Source: Callorhinchus milii
Taxonomy: Eukaryota
Direction: 5' to 3'
DNA length: 64,000 bases
Assembly (NCBI RefSeq): GCF_018977255.1
Contig: NW_024704743.1
Location: 69,876,001 to 69,940,000, forward strand
This document shows, piece after piece, positions 1 to 11,055 of this stretch. Both the position numbers and the translations under genes were made by a program. Every line of letters starts with the position of its first letter. The stretch's first letter is position 1. The notes under the pieces are model-generated. The model was given only the letters and a program-made list of their open reading frames with translations. It did not search any database and was not told where the DNA came from.

Positions 1-200
1 GCACCCTTCACACAGGGTAGCATCCTGGAGCATTTAAAAGAGGTGTGGTTTGAGGCCGAGCTGGACAGATAGGAGAGGTTACTGAAGGCATAGTGGAAGA
101 GGAAAGCCTTTGAGTGTGATTTAAAGATGGGTAAAGACAGAAGGATTGAGGCAGGGAGTTCCAGAGATAGTGGGCACAGTAGTTGAAAGCAAATACGTGC
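1..200 (-). mobile_element. L2 LINE 3' fragment (tail variant C)
   Basis: Minus-strand ORF reads AFNYCAHYLWNSLP (L2 ORF2 C-terminus); tail motif cttacacagggtagcatcc. Confidence 0.7.
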
Positions 201-1038
201 ATGTAAGTTCACAACCATGAATTAACAATGTTTTTATTAGTGTTGACTCTGTGCGTAGGTTACACACCATAAATATAAATAGATAACATATTACACAATT
301 TTATCTCAATATATTGAATAGTTTGCTCTTGTTACTGTACGTTTTTAAGAACATTAACATCATTTTTGTCTTCACTAAATAAAAACTCACGTATCATAAT
401 AATTTGATAAGGCACTTTTCATGTCAGGAGGACGTCTCAAAGCACTTCACAGCATTTTACTATTTGTAGGAAGATACATTTGTAGGCAGCCAATTTGCAC
501 ACAGCAATGTCCCGCAAATAGCTATGAAGTATTTCAGTATCTGGGGGTGTGGTGCACATACTAGCAATATCGGAACATCATCTTAATGGCCTGCATGAAT
601 GGATAAAGAAATCAGCTAGCCTGTGTTCGGAAAGCAGTGATGAAGGCACTGTCAGACATTGGTCATTGCATCTAGTCCTGCTATCGCCAGAGAAAAAACA
701 ACTCTTCGAGGGGTATTGAGTCTATAGCAACATCTCCACCTGTCAACAATGGGTGTGAAAGAGGGATTTCATTGACACCAATACTGCAACTAAATGTAGT
801 ATATATTAACCTAAAGATGAAGGATTGTTTTGATCTAGGCCTGTTTTGTAATCAGTTTTGATTTTATAACTTTACTCCTGTGCTTGTCTTGTTTTGTTCC
901 TGGGTTACGCCTTCCTTAGACTGACTGCGAAATCTCTTATTTGCCTGCTGTTCTACAGAAGCCTCATTCTGTACTATTGGGCCAGTCTCGTCATGTCTGC
1001 TGCTCAGCTCATGTTCTGGTGTCAGCTCAGCAAATACT

Positions 1039-1190
1039 GGGGTAGAAATTCCACCTGAGTCTATATTTACTCTATGGACGTAACATTTCAGAGTGTGCAG
1101 GACAGACCCACTTACCATATTTGCCATATTTTCTGCAGAGTTTTGACCAGACCCATTGCAGCTTTGTGCCCCATTTACAGAAATCCCACT
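1039..1190. mobile_element. MITE-like element fragment (GGGGTAGAAATTCCACC family)
   Basis: 1039-1093 aligns with 48104-48157 and with the arms of the palindrome at 14556-14790. Confidence 0.5.
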
Positions 1191-1399
1191 TATAGTTTGC
1201 ACAGTGAGTTCCTTGAATTAGTTCAAGCACCTGAAGGTATTATATGACATGAACTGACACACTATGTGAATTCATACTTACAGCTGGCCTCAGCACATTT
1301 GCTTCAGCTGAGCAATAAATGATCCCTGAAGGTGTTCTGCTTCACAGGCCCAGACAGAACAAGCAGCGCAGGGAGTGTTCTTGTTGTAAATGCAAATTG

Positions 1400-1820
1400 C
1401 ACTCTACCCAAACGCCTTGGAGTCAGAAGGTTGTGGGTGGGTTAAAGCCCCATATTTGGCTTTGAACTCACATATTATAGGCTGACACTCCCAATGCATT
1501 GCTCCAGGAGTGCTGCATTGTCGGAGATATCATCTTTCAAATGAGCCGTTAAACCGAGCCCTGACTGCCTGTTCAGGTGGATGTTAAAGATCCCATGTAT
1601 CTTCAGATAGAGAAGGGAGTTTCTCCTGGTGTTCTTGTCAGTAATCCTCCAAATAAAATTGGTCATTCATTTAATGACTGTTTGTGGGACTATATACAAA
1701 TTAATCACTGTGTTTGTCTGCAAAATACACGGTCACTACACTTTAGAGTAACTCCCTTGAAGCGCTTTGAGACATCTTCCTGGCACGAAATGCACTACAT
1801 CAAATGCAAAAACTATTATT
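1400..1820 (+). mobile_element. DeuSINE (tRNA head + Deu domain + L2-like tail; SacSINE1/AmnSINE1-like)
   Basis: Deu-domain motifs ggctgacactcc...gagtgctgcattgtcggag...gttaaaccgag...caggtggatgttaaagatcccatg, then tail aagcgctttgagacatc...atcaaatgcaa(att)n. Confidence 0.85.
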
Positions 1821-2849
1821 AACTTCGTAATAGACCAGAAATGGCTCCAATTTTGCTTCTTAAGCAAATCTCTAGTTTTTAGTTGGCATTCTATTGTAAG
1901 CCCTAGGTGTCTAAATATGTATTCACACACACATTCATGTATCTATTCTAAAATACTACATATGGTTTTCTACCCAATTTTATAATGGAAATAATGAATT
2001 AATAATGTAGAACAACAACTTGCATTTATATAGTGCAGGTAGCGTCTCGGAGTGTTTAAATGGTGAGAACATTTATTCCATCAACATGTTACTGAATTTA
2101 TCTCTAGTGTTCTGTGTAGTGAAATTTACATGAGGAAGTTTTCATTTTGACCTTATTATTCAAGAGCATTCCTACAAAGTTGGTAGAAATTCTTGATTAT
2201 ATTTTTCTCTAATACTCTCAGGATGCAAGTATAAATAAGGCTCCCAGAAACCTGACAAATTAATTCAGTACAGCTTTGAGCTGCAGCTCAGGTTTGTAGT
2301 TTTTTTTTACTGTCCAAGATAATCGCTTTCTGGTTCATTTCTGTTTTGTGAATGCCTTCATTTGGGTTCATTAATAGGAACTGTCAAGGAAGCTAGTAAA
2401 TAGCCAATCTATCCCCAAATGAACTTCTGAGAAAGCAATACCTGCAGATAATCATTTTAGATTAAATAAGTAGAAAAAAATGGATCCATTGAAAAAGGAG
2501 TTGAGTTTTTAACCAATAGATTCATATTCAGTTGTGCAGGTTATAATTAGGGTCGCTCGATTATTGTCAAATTAACTTGAATCTATGTCTAGATGGTTTG
2601 ATTTTGTGACCTACCTATCCATTGGATTTCTCATTTGTACATTTGCATTAAAGATGAGTAATAGCAAGGAAAAATTCAGTGTATTCTTCTGGCATGATAT
2701 TAGTGCATATTTTACTCCTCAAAGTGAAGGATGATGGCATGAAATATTTTCTACTTATTTCATATTAGCATAAAATGGAGGAGCACATGCTGGATTTTCC
2801 TCCCTCTCTGGTCAACAAAGGATTTTTAGTCACTCTCCTACTTCTACCC

Positions 2850-2972
2850 TCCCTGCCCTCTATCCCTCCTGATCCCAACCCCTTGCTCGAGTCCATATCC
2901 CTGGCTGTCCAGCACCTTGAGACGTCCTCCTGATGTGAAAGGTGCTATACAAATGCAACTTGTTGTTGTTGT
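2850..2972 (+). mobile_element. L2 3' UTR/tail fragment
   Basis: ccttgagacgtcctcctgatgtgaaaggtgctatacaaatgcaacttg(ttg)n. Confidence 0.7.
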
Positions 2973-3098
2973 TTTATGGGCATATGAGACTGTCCAAACT
3001 CCTTTCATGTAGAACTCTTAATCCCAGTTTAAAGTTACTGAGACAAAGCTACATTTCTTCTAGCAGTAAAGTGATTTGGAGGGGAAAACCTTGATTTA

Positions 3099-3275
<177 letters not shown>

Positions 3276-3279
3276 TGTC

Positions 3280-3610
3280 GAGTCCTGTAGCTCAGTGGTT
3301 AGAGCACTCGCTTTGCAAGTGAGAGACCTGAGTTCAATTCCAGGCAGTGCGAAACCTTGGGCAAGTTTCCTTACTCCACATGCCTAATAATAATCCCTCC
3401 AAAAAACCCAAAACAATAATAAATTGGTCATTTTCAATCTACGACTGATTGTGGGACATTGCTGTGCGCAATTGGCTGCCGCGTTCGCCCACAAATATAC
3501 AGTCAATTCACTTTACAGTGTGTTCTGTGAAGCGCTTTGGGACGTCCTCCCGACGTGAAAAGCGCTATATCAAATGCAAGGATTATTATTATTATTATTA
3601 TTATGATTAT
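3280..3610 (+). mobile_element. Short tRNA-derived SINE, full length
   Basis: A box TAGCTCAGTGG, B-box-like GAGTTCAATTC, CORE-like ccttgggcaagt, 3' part of Deu domain (gggacattgctgtgcgcaattggctgccgcg), L2-type hairpin and (ATT)n tail. Confidence 0.9.
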
Positions 3611-3611
3611 T

Positions 3612-3785
3612 TCATAGATTTTCATAGAATGTTACGGCACAGAAGAAGGCCATTGGGCCCATCGAGTCTGTGCCGGCTCTTTGTCAGAGCAAGTTACTTT
3701 CACTAACCCCAATCACCAGCTCTCTCCACATAACCCTGCAAACCCGTCTTCCCCAGATACCTATCCAGTTCTCTCTTAAAATTTG
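3612..3785 (-). mobile_element. CR1 LINE 3' end
   Basis: catagaatgttacggcacagaagaaggccattgggcccatcgagtctgtgccggctct is the reverse complement of the CR1 end seen at 45660-45720. Confidence 0.8.
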
Positions 3786-4540
3786 GCAGAACTGAAGAGT
3801 TCTGAGCACATAAAGTTAAACATTTTTAAAAAATTAGATTAAAGGCCTGTCACCCAGTAACTTCCAACGAATCATTTCTGAGCAAAATGTGAATCAATGC
3901 ATGTTGCCTGTATATACGGCAGTGATGTGAATTGAACTTGCTAGCAAAGCCACTACCTCAACGTGCTCTCGTAGCTGGACTTCAGTCCAAAGCACTGGCA
4001 GATCACATTACTCAACCCACTTTATGTTGTGCTTTTGTGTTGAATGTGTCTACATAAATTGTGTAAATAAAGCAGCTCGATTTATCTAGCAGTGGTCTGC
4101 GAGTTGACTTTATCCCAGTATCTTTTTTGACATTAGTTAATCAGCTAATCAAACATTTGGCAAATCCCAAGAGGATTATTCAGTAACTTTAACAACCTTT
4201 AGGGGTGTGTGTTGATAATGAGAAAACCCATTATAAAGCAAACATCACCAAAGGTCAGTTAATTCATGGATAAACAGAAAATAACGCCTGGATGATTCAT
4301 TGTTGTGGAGACTTTTTAGCTAGTTATTTTTAAGACCTATTGACTTAACAATTGACTGGTTTGCTGTTTTAGCATGACTGGAAAATAAAGATGGGTGCTT
4401 AATGATCATTTGGCATGTGATTGCTTGGATGATCGCATTGCCTAATACAGACTTGCAGTTGGGCATATCTACTGCTGCACAACATAGGCAGCTATAACCC
4501 TAGTTCCTGAACGGCATGATTCACACTGGACTAGAGTTTA

Positions 4541-4945
4541 CAACAACAATAACAAGATTGCATTTATAAAGCGCCTTTCACGTCGGGAGGACATCCCAAG
4601 GCACTGGACAGTTGGGTCAGTACCCGAGCAGGGGGGAAATGGTCAGGGTGATGGGAGGGAAGGGAGGGAGCGAGGAGGGGGTAGAGAGTCGAGAGGGGAG
4701 CTGAAGGCACGGTCAAAGAGAAAGGTCTTGAGACCGGCCTTGAAGGAGGAAAGGGAGGAAGCGAGGCGAAGGCACTGGGGGATGGAGTTCCGGAGCCTAA
4801 GGGCTGAGAGGCTGAAGGCCCGGCCACCGATGGTAGGGCAGTTAGGGTGGGGGATGTGGAGCAGACCGGAGCCAGAGGAACGGAGGGTACGGGCGGGTAG
4901 GTAGGGGGATAGTAGGTCAGAGAGGTAGGAGGGTGCAAAGCCGTG
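4541..4945 (-). mobile_element. L2 LINE 3' fragment (tail variant A)
   Basis: (CAA)n tail, gcgcctttcacgtcgggaggacatcccaag hairpin, G-rich UTR, ORF2 end; closely similar to the copy at 33648. Confidence 0.9.
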
Positions 4946-5078
4946 AATTTACCTGTGCTGTCTGGTAGTTAGTCTTCATGTAACAGTGCAGACTGAATCC
5001 TGGGAGCTATAAACCAATAAAGAAGGGCCATTACACTCAAATTCTATCCTGTTGGCACCTAAAGTTTGCAAGCTTGTT

Positions 5079-5386
5079 ATAATAATAATAATCCTTGCAT
5101 TTGATATAGTGCTTTTCACGTCTTCTAGATGTCTCAAAGCGCTTTGCAGATTATACTGTAAAGTGAATTGACTGTATATTTGTGGGCGAAATGAGGCAGC
5201 CAATTGAACACAGCAGTGTCCCACAAACAGTCGTGGATTGAAGTGACTAATTTTTTTTCTCTTTTGAGGGATTATTATGAGGTATATGAATTAAGGAAAG
5301 TTGCCCAAGGTTTTGCCCTGTCGGGAATTGAACCCAGATATCTCCCTTGTGAGACGAGCGTTCTAACCACTGAGCTACAGGACTCC
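5079..5386 (-). mobile_element. Short tRNA-derived SINE, full length
   Basis: Reverse complement of the 3280 family, from (AAT)n tail to ctaaccactgagctacaggactcc. Confidence 0.9.
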
Positions 5387-5530
5387 TATTCACTGAGGGG
5401 GGTCATAGTATAGTGATCAGGAGTGAGAAAATTCTATCCTCCCACTCTCCTTCCCTCCCTCTCCCCCTCCCTCTCCAAGCCCAAGACAAATTCTGTGCAA
5501 TGTCAGTCTATTACAAGTAATATATATTCA

Positions 5531-6416
5531 ACAACAACAAGATTACATTTGTATAGTGCCTTTCACGTCGGGAGGACGTCCCAAGCGCTGGACAGAGTAC
5601 AGCATTTCAGACCCTAGCTGGGGTTGGGGGGGGGAGGGAGGGGAGGGGAAGGGGGGTGGCCAATGGCATGGTCGAAGAGGAGGGTCTTGAGACAGGACTT
5701 GAAGGAGGCTAAGGGGGGGGCGAGACGGAGTGACTGGGGCACGGAATTCCAGAAATTGGGGGCAGAGTGGCTGAAGGCTCTCCCGCCAATGGTGGGGTGG
5801 GTGGGTCGCGGCACGTGGAGCAGGCCAGAGCCGGCTGAGCGGAGGGAACGGGCGGGTTGGTAGGGGGTTAGGAGGTCGCAGAGATAGGGTGGAGCGAGAC
5901 CATGGAGGGCTTTGTATGTGAAGACCAGGATCTTGAACTGGATCCTCTGAAGAATATGGAACCAGTGGAGTCGGGCGAGAGTGGGGAAGATGGAGTCACG
6001 GAGTTTGGTGCAGGAGAGGACACGGGCTGCAGAGTACTGGATTATCTGCAGTCTGTGGAGGGAGGAGTTGGGAAGGCCGACAAGCAGGGCATTTGCATAG
6101 TCGAGCCTGGAGGTGATGAAGACATGAACAAGAGTTTCAGCGGCCTGAGGGGTGAGGTAGTGGTGGAGTCGGGCGATGTTATGGAGGTGAGGGAAAGCAG
6201 AGTGGGTCATGGCTTGAATGTGGGGGAGAAAAGGCAGTTGAGGGTCGAACAAGACACCTAGGTTCCTGACTGGCGGTGAGTTGTAATGTGCAACCGTGGA
6301 GGTTGATGTTGCCAGAGCCTGAGGTGCTGAGGCGCTGGCGCGAGCCAATCGGGAGGGTATCAGTCTTGTTCACATTCAACTGAAGGAAATTTGCCTTCAT
6401 CCAGGACTTGATGTCA
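5531..6416 (-). mobile_element. L2 LINE, 5'-truncated, with ORF2 remnant
   Basis: Minus-strand peptides MKANFLQLNVNKT (RT end) and VRNLGVLFD...SRLDYANALLVGLP...LHW...RIQFKIL...GGRAFSHSAPNFWNS are typical of L2 ORF2; there is a frameshift between them; (CAA)n tail at 5531. Confidence 0.95.
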
Positions 6417-9109
6417 AATTGATATTCAAATTGTAGGTTGAATTTTAAGTTCTATCAAGTTATTTGAAGTCTGCATAGATCTCAGGGAGAAAGCCACATT
6501 AAGGAAGAGTACAGACATTGCAGATTAAAACGTGTCCTTTTAAACCTCTTTATAACTCATTTTGGAAGCATGTTTCCCCACTCAAGGTTCTTGCACTCAA
6601 TTTGACCACCATGTTCTTTTTTTAAAAAAATAGTGAGAGGCATGTTTTGCATTCCAAAATGCTAGAGGGGCCTTTTAACTAATATACTTACTTTTAAAAT
6701 ATTTTTCAGGCTTGAGAATGGCATGAAAAAGCAAAAAAGGAAAATTAAAATATTCCCCTAAGTGCATTCCGCTGACTCCACTGTGCAAAAAAACAGCACT
6801 CTACTTACAAAATGGTATTAATGTGTTGGGAATCAGGGAAATAGAGTAAGAGTAGATAATAATTGGAATAAAATTCCTTGCATTTGATAGGGTGCTTCAC
6901 ATGATTTACTATAAAATGTTGTGATTCTGTTTGTATTAGCTATTATATCTATATCATATAGTAAATATGCATATATCCAAACTCAACCATAGGAATATCT
7001 TGCATTTATATAGCCCCCTTCACATGGAGTAGCATCTCAGAGTACTTATCAGTGGTTGTTGTGTGTTATTCATTTCCTAGCATTATTCCTAATATAATGT
7101 CATTTACACAGTGAAAATGGGTACCAAAAGTCAAATGGCGTGTGCAGTATAACCACTGGAATGGACTGGTTTGGATCACTGGCCTTTTTATGTGCTATAT
7201 CTTTCTCTGTAATTATGTATTTTGTAGACAAATCTCACTGTTGTACGCACATTTGCTGCCCTATACACCTACACAGTCATTACAGTTTGTAGTAAATCCT
7301 GTGAAGCACTTTGAGACATCCTCCTGACTTAAGAGGCGTAGATCAAAAGTAAGGATTATTATTAATTAACCCATTACAGGCCACAGTTTCCAATGATATT
7401 AATTTCCCTCCGTTTGTTTTCTTCCACTAAAGGTAGAGAACCTATGTGTAGGTAGAGCTTCACGGGTGCCAGCTGTCCTCTGTTCATTGTTAGCCCATAG
7501 TTAATGCTGGCTAGACGCAGCAGAGCTCTATGAATGAAACCACAGAACATTCATCATTCATAGTTTATAACAGGTATGGCCGATGCTTATTAGGAGCAAG
7601 AGCCTGATTTTTCTCCTCACTAACCCAGGATGAGATCAGTTCCGTTAATATGGACCAACAACAAAATTACATTTGTGTAGTGCCTTTCACGTCGGGAGGA
7701 CGTCCCAGTGATAAAACTTAATATCCTTCTTGGTTACCACAAAATACCACATAACTAATTTTACCTGCTGAGCCAGCAAAGGAACCCCTCTGTCAGAGTT
7801 TGAACACCTAATGAAGGAATGTATGGCCTCCTCTCTTGAGCTTGTTATCTGTGTGGTTTATTCTTTCACATTAGCTTCAACAATATGTTGTAACTAATTA
7901 CTTGTCAGTCACTAACCACATAACAATTTATGGAATATTTTGAATTAATTACAGGCTACATTAGCTGTATACAAACAAGTCCACATGTTATTTACTGGTG
8001 TTTCTCTGGTGAAACAGCAGCTGATGCCCCAAGATATGAGAGGTATCTGAGGATTTAACCGACTGTCCTTCTGTGTGTTTGTGTCTGGAAATGCATGAGT
8101 GTGTGCATGTGTCTCTCACCCCTGTGGTGCTCAACAGCCTTTTTACTTCTCAGGTACAGTTTCTTATTCTGACAGTGATGTGTGACACTACCCAGTTATC
8201 TATCTGAAAGCCACCTTGTGTTGAGTATTATAGTTTCTTTTAACCAAAGACTGGTGATCTGACGTTTAGTTACTCACGTGTTCATGAGTCCACATGACAT
8301 CTTGCATATTGCTCACCACAGGAAGCATCGTTCACTCACAGACACTGTACAAGGTCAACAGATTGTTTAGGTGTTTCAAGTGAGGGCCCTCTACCCTTTC
8401 TGTGTTTCGCTGGAAAAAACATGGTAGTACAATTTGACAGACATGACCTACTTGCAAAGATTAATTGAAACAACACCATTCTACTTGAATATGTATACAA
8501 TTTCACATTCACTAAATCTGATTAACAGTAGTATAGCCTGAGCTACAGATTCATTTCCTCTGCAATTCTTCCTCAAACAAAAAAATGTTCACCCCAATGT
8601 GCACTGTCAAACCAAAAGACTATGATTGGAAAATACACAGAAAAAATGATTGCAGTGTGGAGGGTTAGGGGTTGGGAGAAGAAGTTTACAATTCCCCCCT
8701 CATTATTTTTATTAATTCAAGGCACACTTCTGTATATTCATAACTGGAACATAGCAATACTGCAAACACAACCATCTTTGTAGGCAAATGCAATTGTGAA
8801 TAGAAGGTTCCATAGATTACTTGACAATCATATTAAGTCCCAGTGGCAGAAAGTTTATTTGTAATAATAATTGCATTTGATAAAGTGATTTATTGTTGAA
8901 ACGTCTTGAAGTTTCAATGCTTATGAGTTACAGTCTACATACGTTTAATTGATAATGGCACCGCACTTTCATGGAACACTTGAATTGAAGTAGAGCATGT
9001 ACCCTTCTCTGCATTATATGCAGAACTTAAGTTCCAAAATGTAGTAGACCGTATAAGCTCACTGAATCGGCATATATTGTAACCATTAAATCTGGATTCA
9101 TTTTTGGGG

Positions 9110-9325
9110 TTCGCGGAAATCCATCTCCATGCTTAAGAGTGTCCAAACCAAACTGAGATTTCCATGCATCCCACCTACACGTGGAAATTCCAGAGATAGA
9201 TTGTTGGAATGGAATGCACACTTTTTCCCTGGAAAGATGCATCCTGCTTACCTAATTCCGGAAAGTATTAGGCGCATGTTGGTAAGAGCCAAGGCTTCGG
9301 GACCTCAGAGTGTGCTTTAGGATAC
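9110..9325 (-). mobile_element. Unclassified A-tailed dispersed repeat, copy 1
   Basis: ccatgcttaagagtgtccaaaccaaactgaga...cacctacacgtggaaattcc...ggaatggaatg, shared with four other loci. Confidence 0.75.
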
Positions 9326-9774
9326 AACCAAAAACTACATAACTTACCATGTGGATTCAAAGAAGAAGAATTATGAGAAGAATGCAGGAGAAACAATCTT
9401 TATGTAACAGCAGAAGGGAAAGTCCCAAGATACTGTCAGAGGAAACAATAGACTTCAAGTTAACTTTGTTTTTCCCCTTAGCACCTCATCGTACAGACTG
9501 CAGATGTCCTCAGCAACTAACAAAGTTTCATTTTTTCTTGTTTCTGGGTGTTATGATGCATCCAATAGTGAAAGAATATATAATTATTAAAAACATTGAA
9601 TACTAAAGGTACGAAAAATCTAGTAATTAATAAAAAAAATTGAGTTCCAGTTTTCAATAATTTCCTTCTCTGCTTTCCCTTGAAAGACCTGCAATGCAAA
9701 TATTTGTTGACAGATACAGGGTTTAGTTTCCAGAAATTGCTTCTCTGGCTACTTTTCCAATTAATGCTTCAGAT

Positions 9775-10385
9775 TTGTTTTCGTCAGCTGGGTGTCTGAC
9801 ACATGCGGAAACCCATCACCGTGCTTAAGAGTTCCATGCATGGCGCCTAATCGTGGAAATTCACATGTTTGGAATGGAATGTGCACTCTCTCCCCAGAGG
9901 GACATATCCTGCTTCCTTAGTTCCAGAGAATATTAGATGCAAGGGACTCCAGAGTGTGCATTGGGGTACTGCTGGAGTTTAACCAGCTAAAAGCTTGCGA
10001 TTGAGAGCCCTATCTGGCAAGCTTCCGCTATTTATCCAGCTAAGACCATCCTACCTGTTAGGGCTTTGGCTTGCGGTAACAGGAGATGAGTGGGAAGAAT
10101 CCCTTCCTCTCGTGACCATTCTGCCCCTTCAAGTCCTACTGATGAGCTGGCCTGGCTATGCTGTCACTGCTGACCTGCCTGGCTTAGGAAACAGATTACT
10201 GAGACTGCCACAGAGGGGTGGCTCGATTATGACATTCCATTGCCAAATAAGTCGCCTTTCAGCCAGTTCAGCTCCAATGAGACTCCTACTCAAGAAGCAT
10301 AGTCATTAGTTAGTTGATATCCGACAAATGCAGGATTGAGCCCTCATGAGGTTGATGGCAGGTTCCAGGAACTCCCTGCGAGCAC
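9775..10385 (-). mobile_element. Unclassified A-tailed dispersed repeat, copy 2 (about 600 bp)
   Basis: Collinear over most of its length with the reverse complement of 38830-39475. Confidence 0.8.
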
Positions 10386-10844
10386 TTGGTGATTATTATT
10401 ATTATTATTATTATTATTGGTGAGTTTTTTTAATGAATTCAGTGCAGAACATTACAACATAGGGTTTCTTTTTCATCTGGGTCAGCCATTAGTGTTCTTC
10501 ATAATTAAGCATTCATCAGATGAACAATAATATCCTTGTGGCTTTCATGTATTACTTTATGAAATCTCAGGTTGAAAGCACATAACTCTTTGCAGTGCCT
10601 CAGTTAATTAATTATACATTACCTCCCCTGTCATGTTTAGTAATGAGCAGGGCTTCTATTAAACAGCAGGCAGCACTGGGAAAGGAAATGGATCTTTGCT
10701 TCCCAATTTGCTTCTGTCGAGATTTTGTGTACAAAGGCAACGAGTCCTTACAAATGAAGCAAACCTTGATCCAGTGCAGAATTGATAATTAGTTAATAAT
10801 TAGAATACAAGTTGTACAGGCTACTCCAAATGAACTGCTTATGT

Positions 10845-11055
10845 ACCCGACCTGCTACATGTCTCCCACCCATGCACCCCACAATCAGTTGGTGAGCTTT
10901 CAACCATTCTGCCCCACTCTCTGGAACTCCGTGCCTTGCTCCTTTCCCTTTAAAGCCCATCTTAAGACTGATCTTTTTGATTGTGCATCGTTTACCTTCC
11001 CCTCTCACCCCCTCCCCCACTCCCACTATATAAATGGAAATTGTTGGTGGTGGTG
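10845..11055 (+). mobile_element. Degenerate L2 3' fragment
   Basis: Peptide PTLWNSVP...FKAHLKTDLFD. Confidence 0.7.

Noticed and set aside
3280..3352. tRNA-Ala gene
   Set aside because: The acceptor stem does not pair and the sequence runs straight into a SINE body found in many copies.
5614..6348. 244-aa ORF as a host gene or active retrotransposon
   Set aside because: C-terminal L2 ORF2 remnant, 5'-truncated and frameshifted relative to the RT end.
8141..8160. Recursive splice site ttttacttctcag|gtacag (also near 12070 and 54890)
   Set aside because: Weak regenerated donors and no further support; expected by chance.
10132..10200. Hammerhead ribozyme (GTC..CTGATGAG...GAAAC) in the unclassified repeat
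   Set aside because: No stem I between GTC and CTGATGA, stem III does not pair, and the core is not kept in the 38830 copy.
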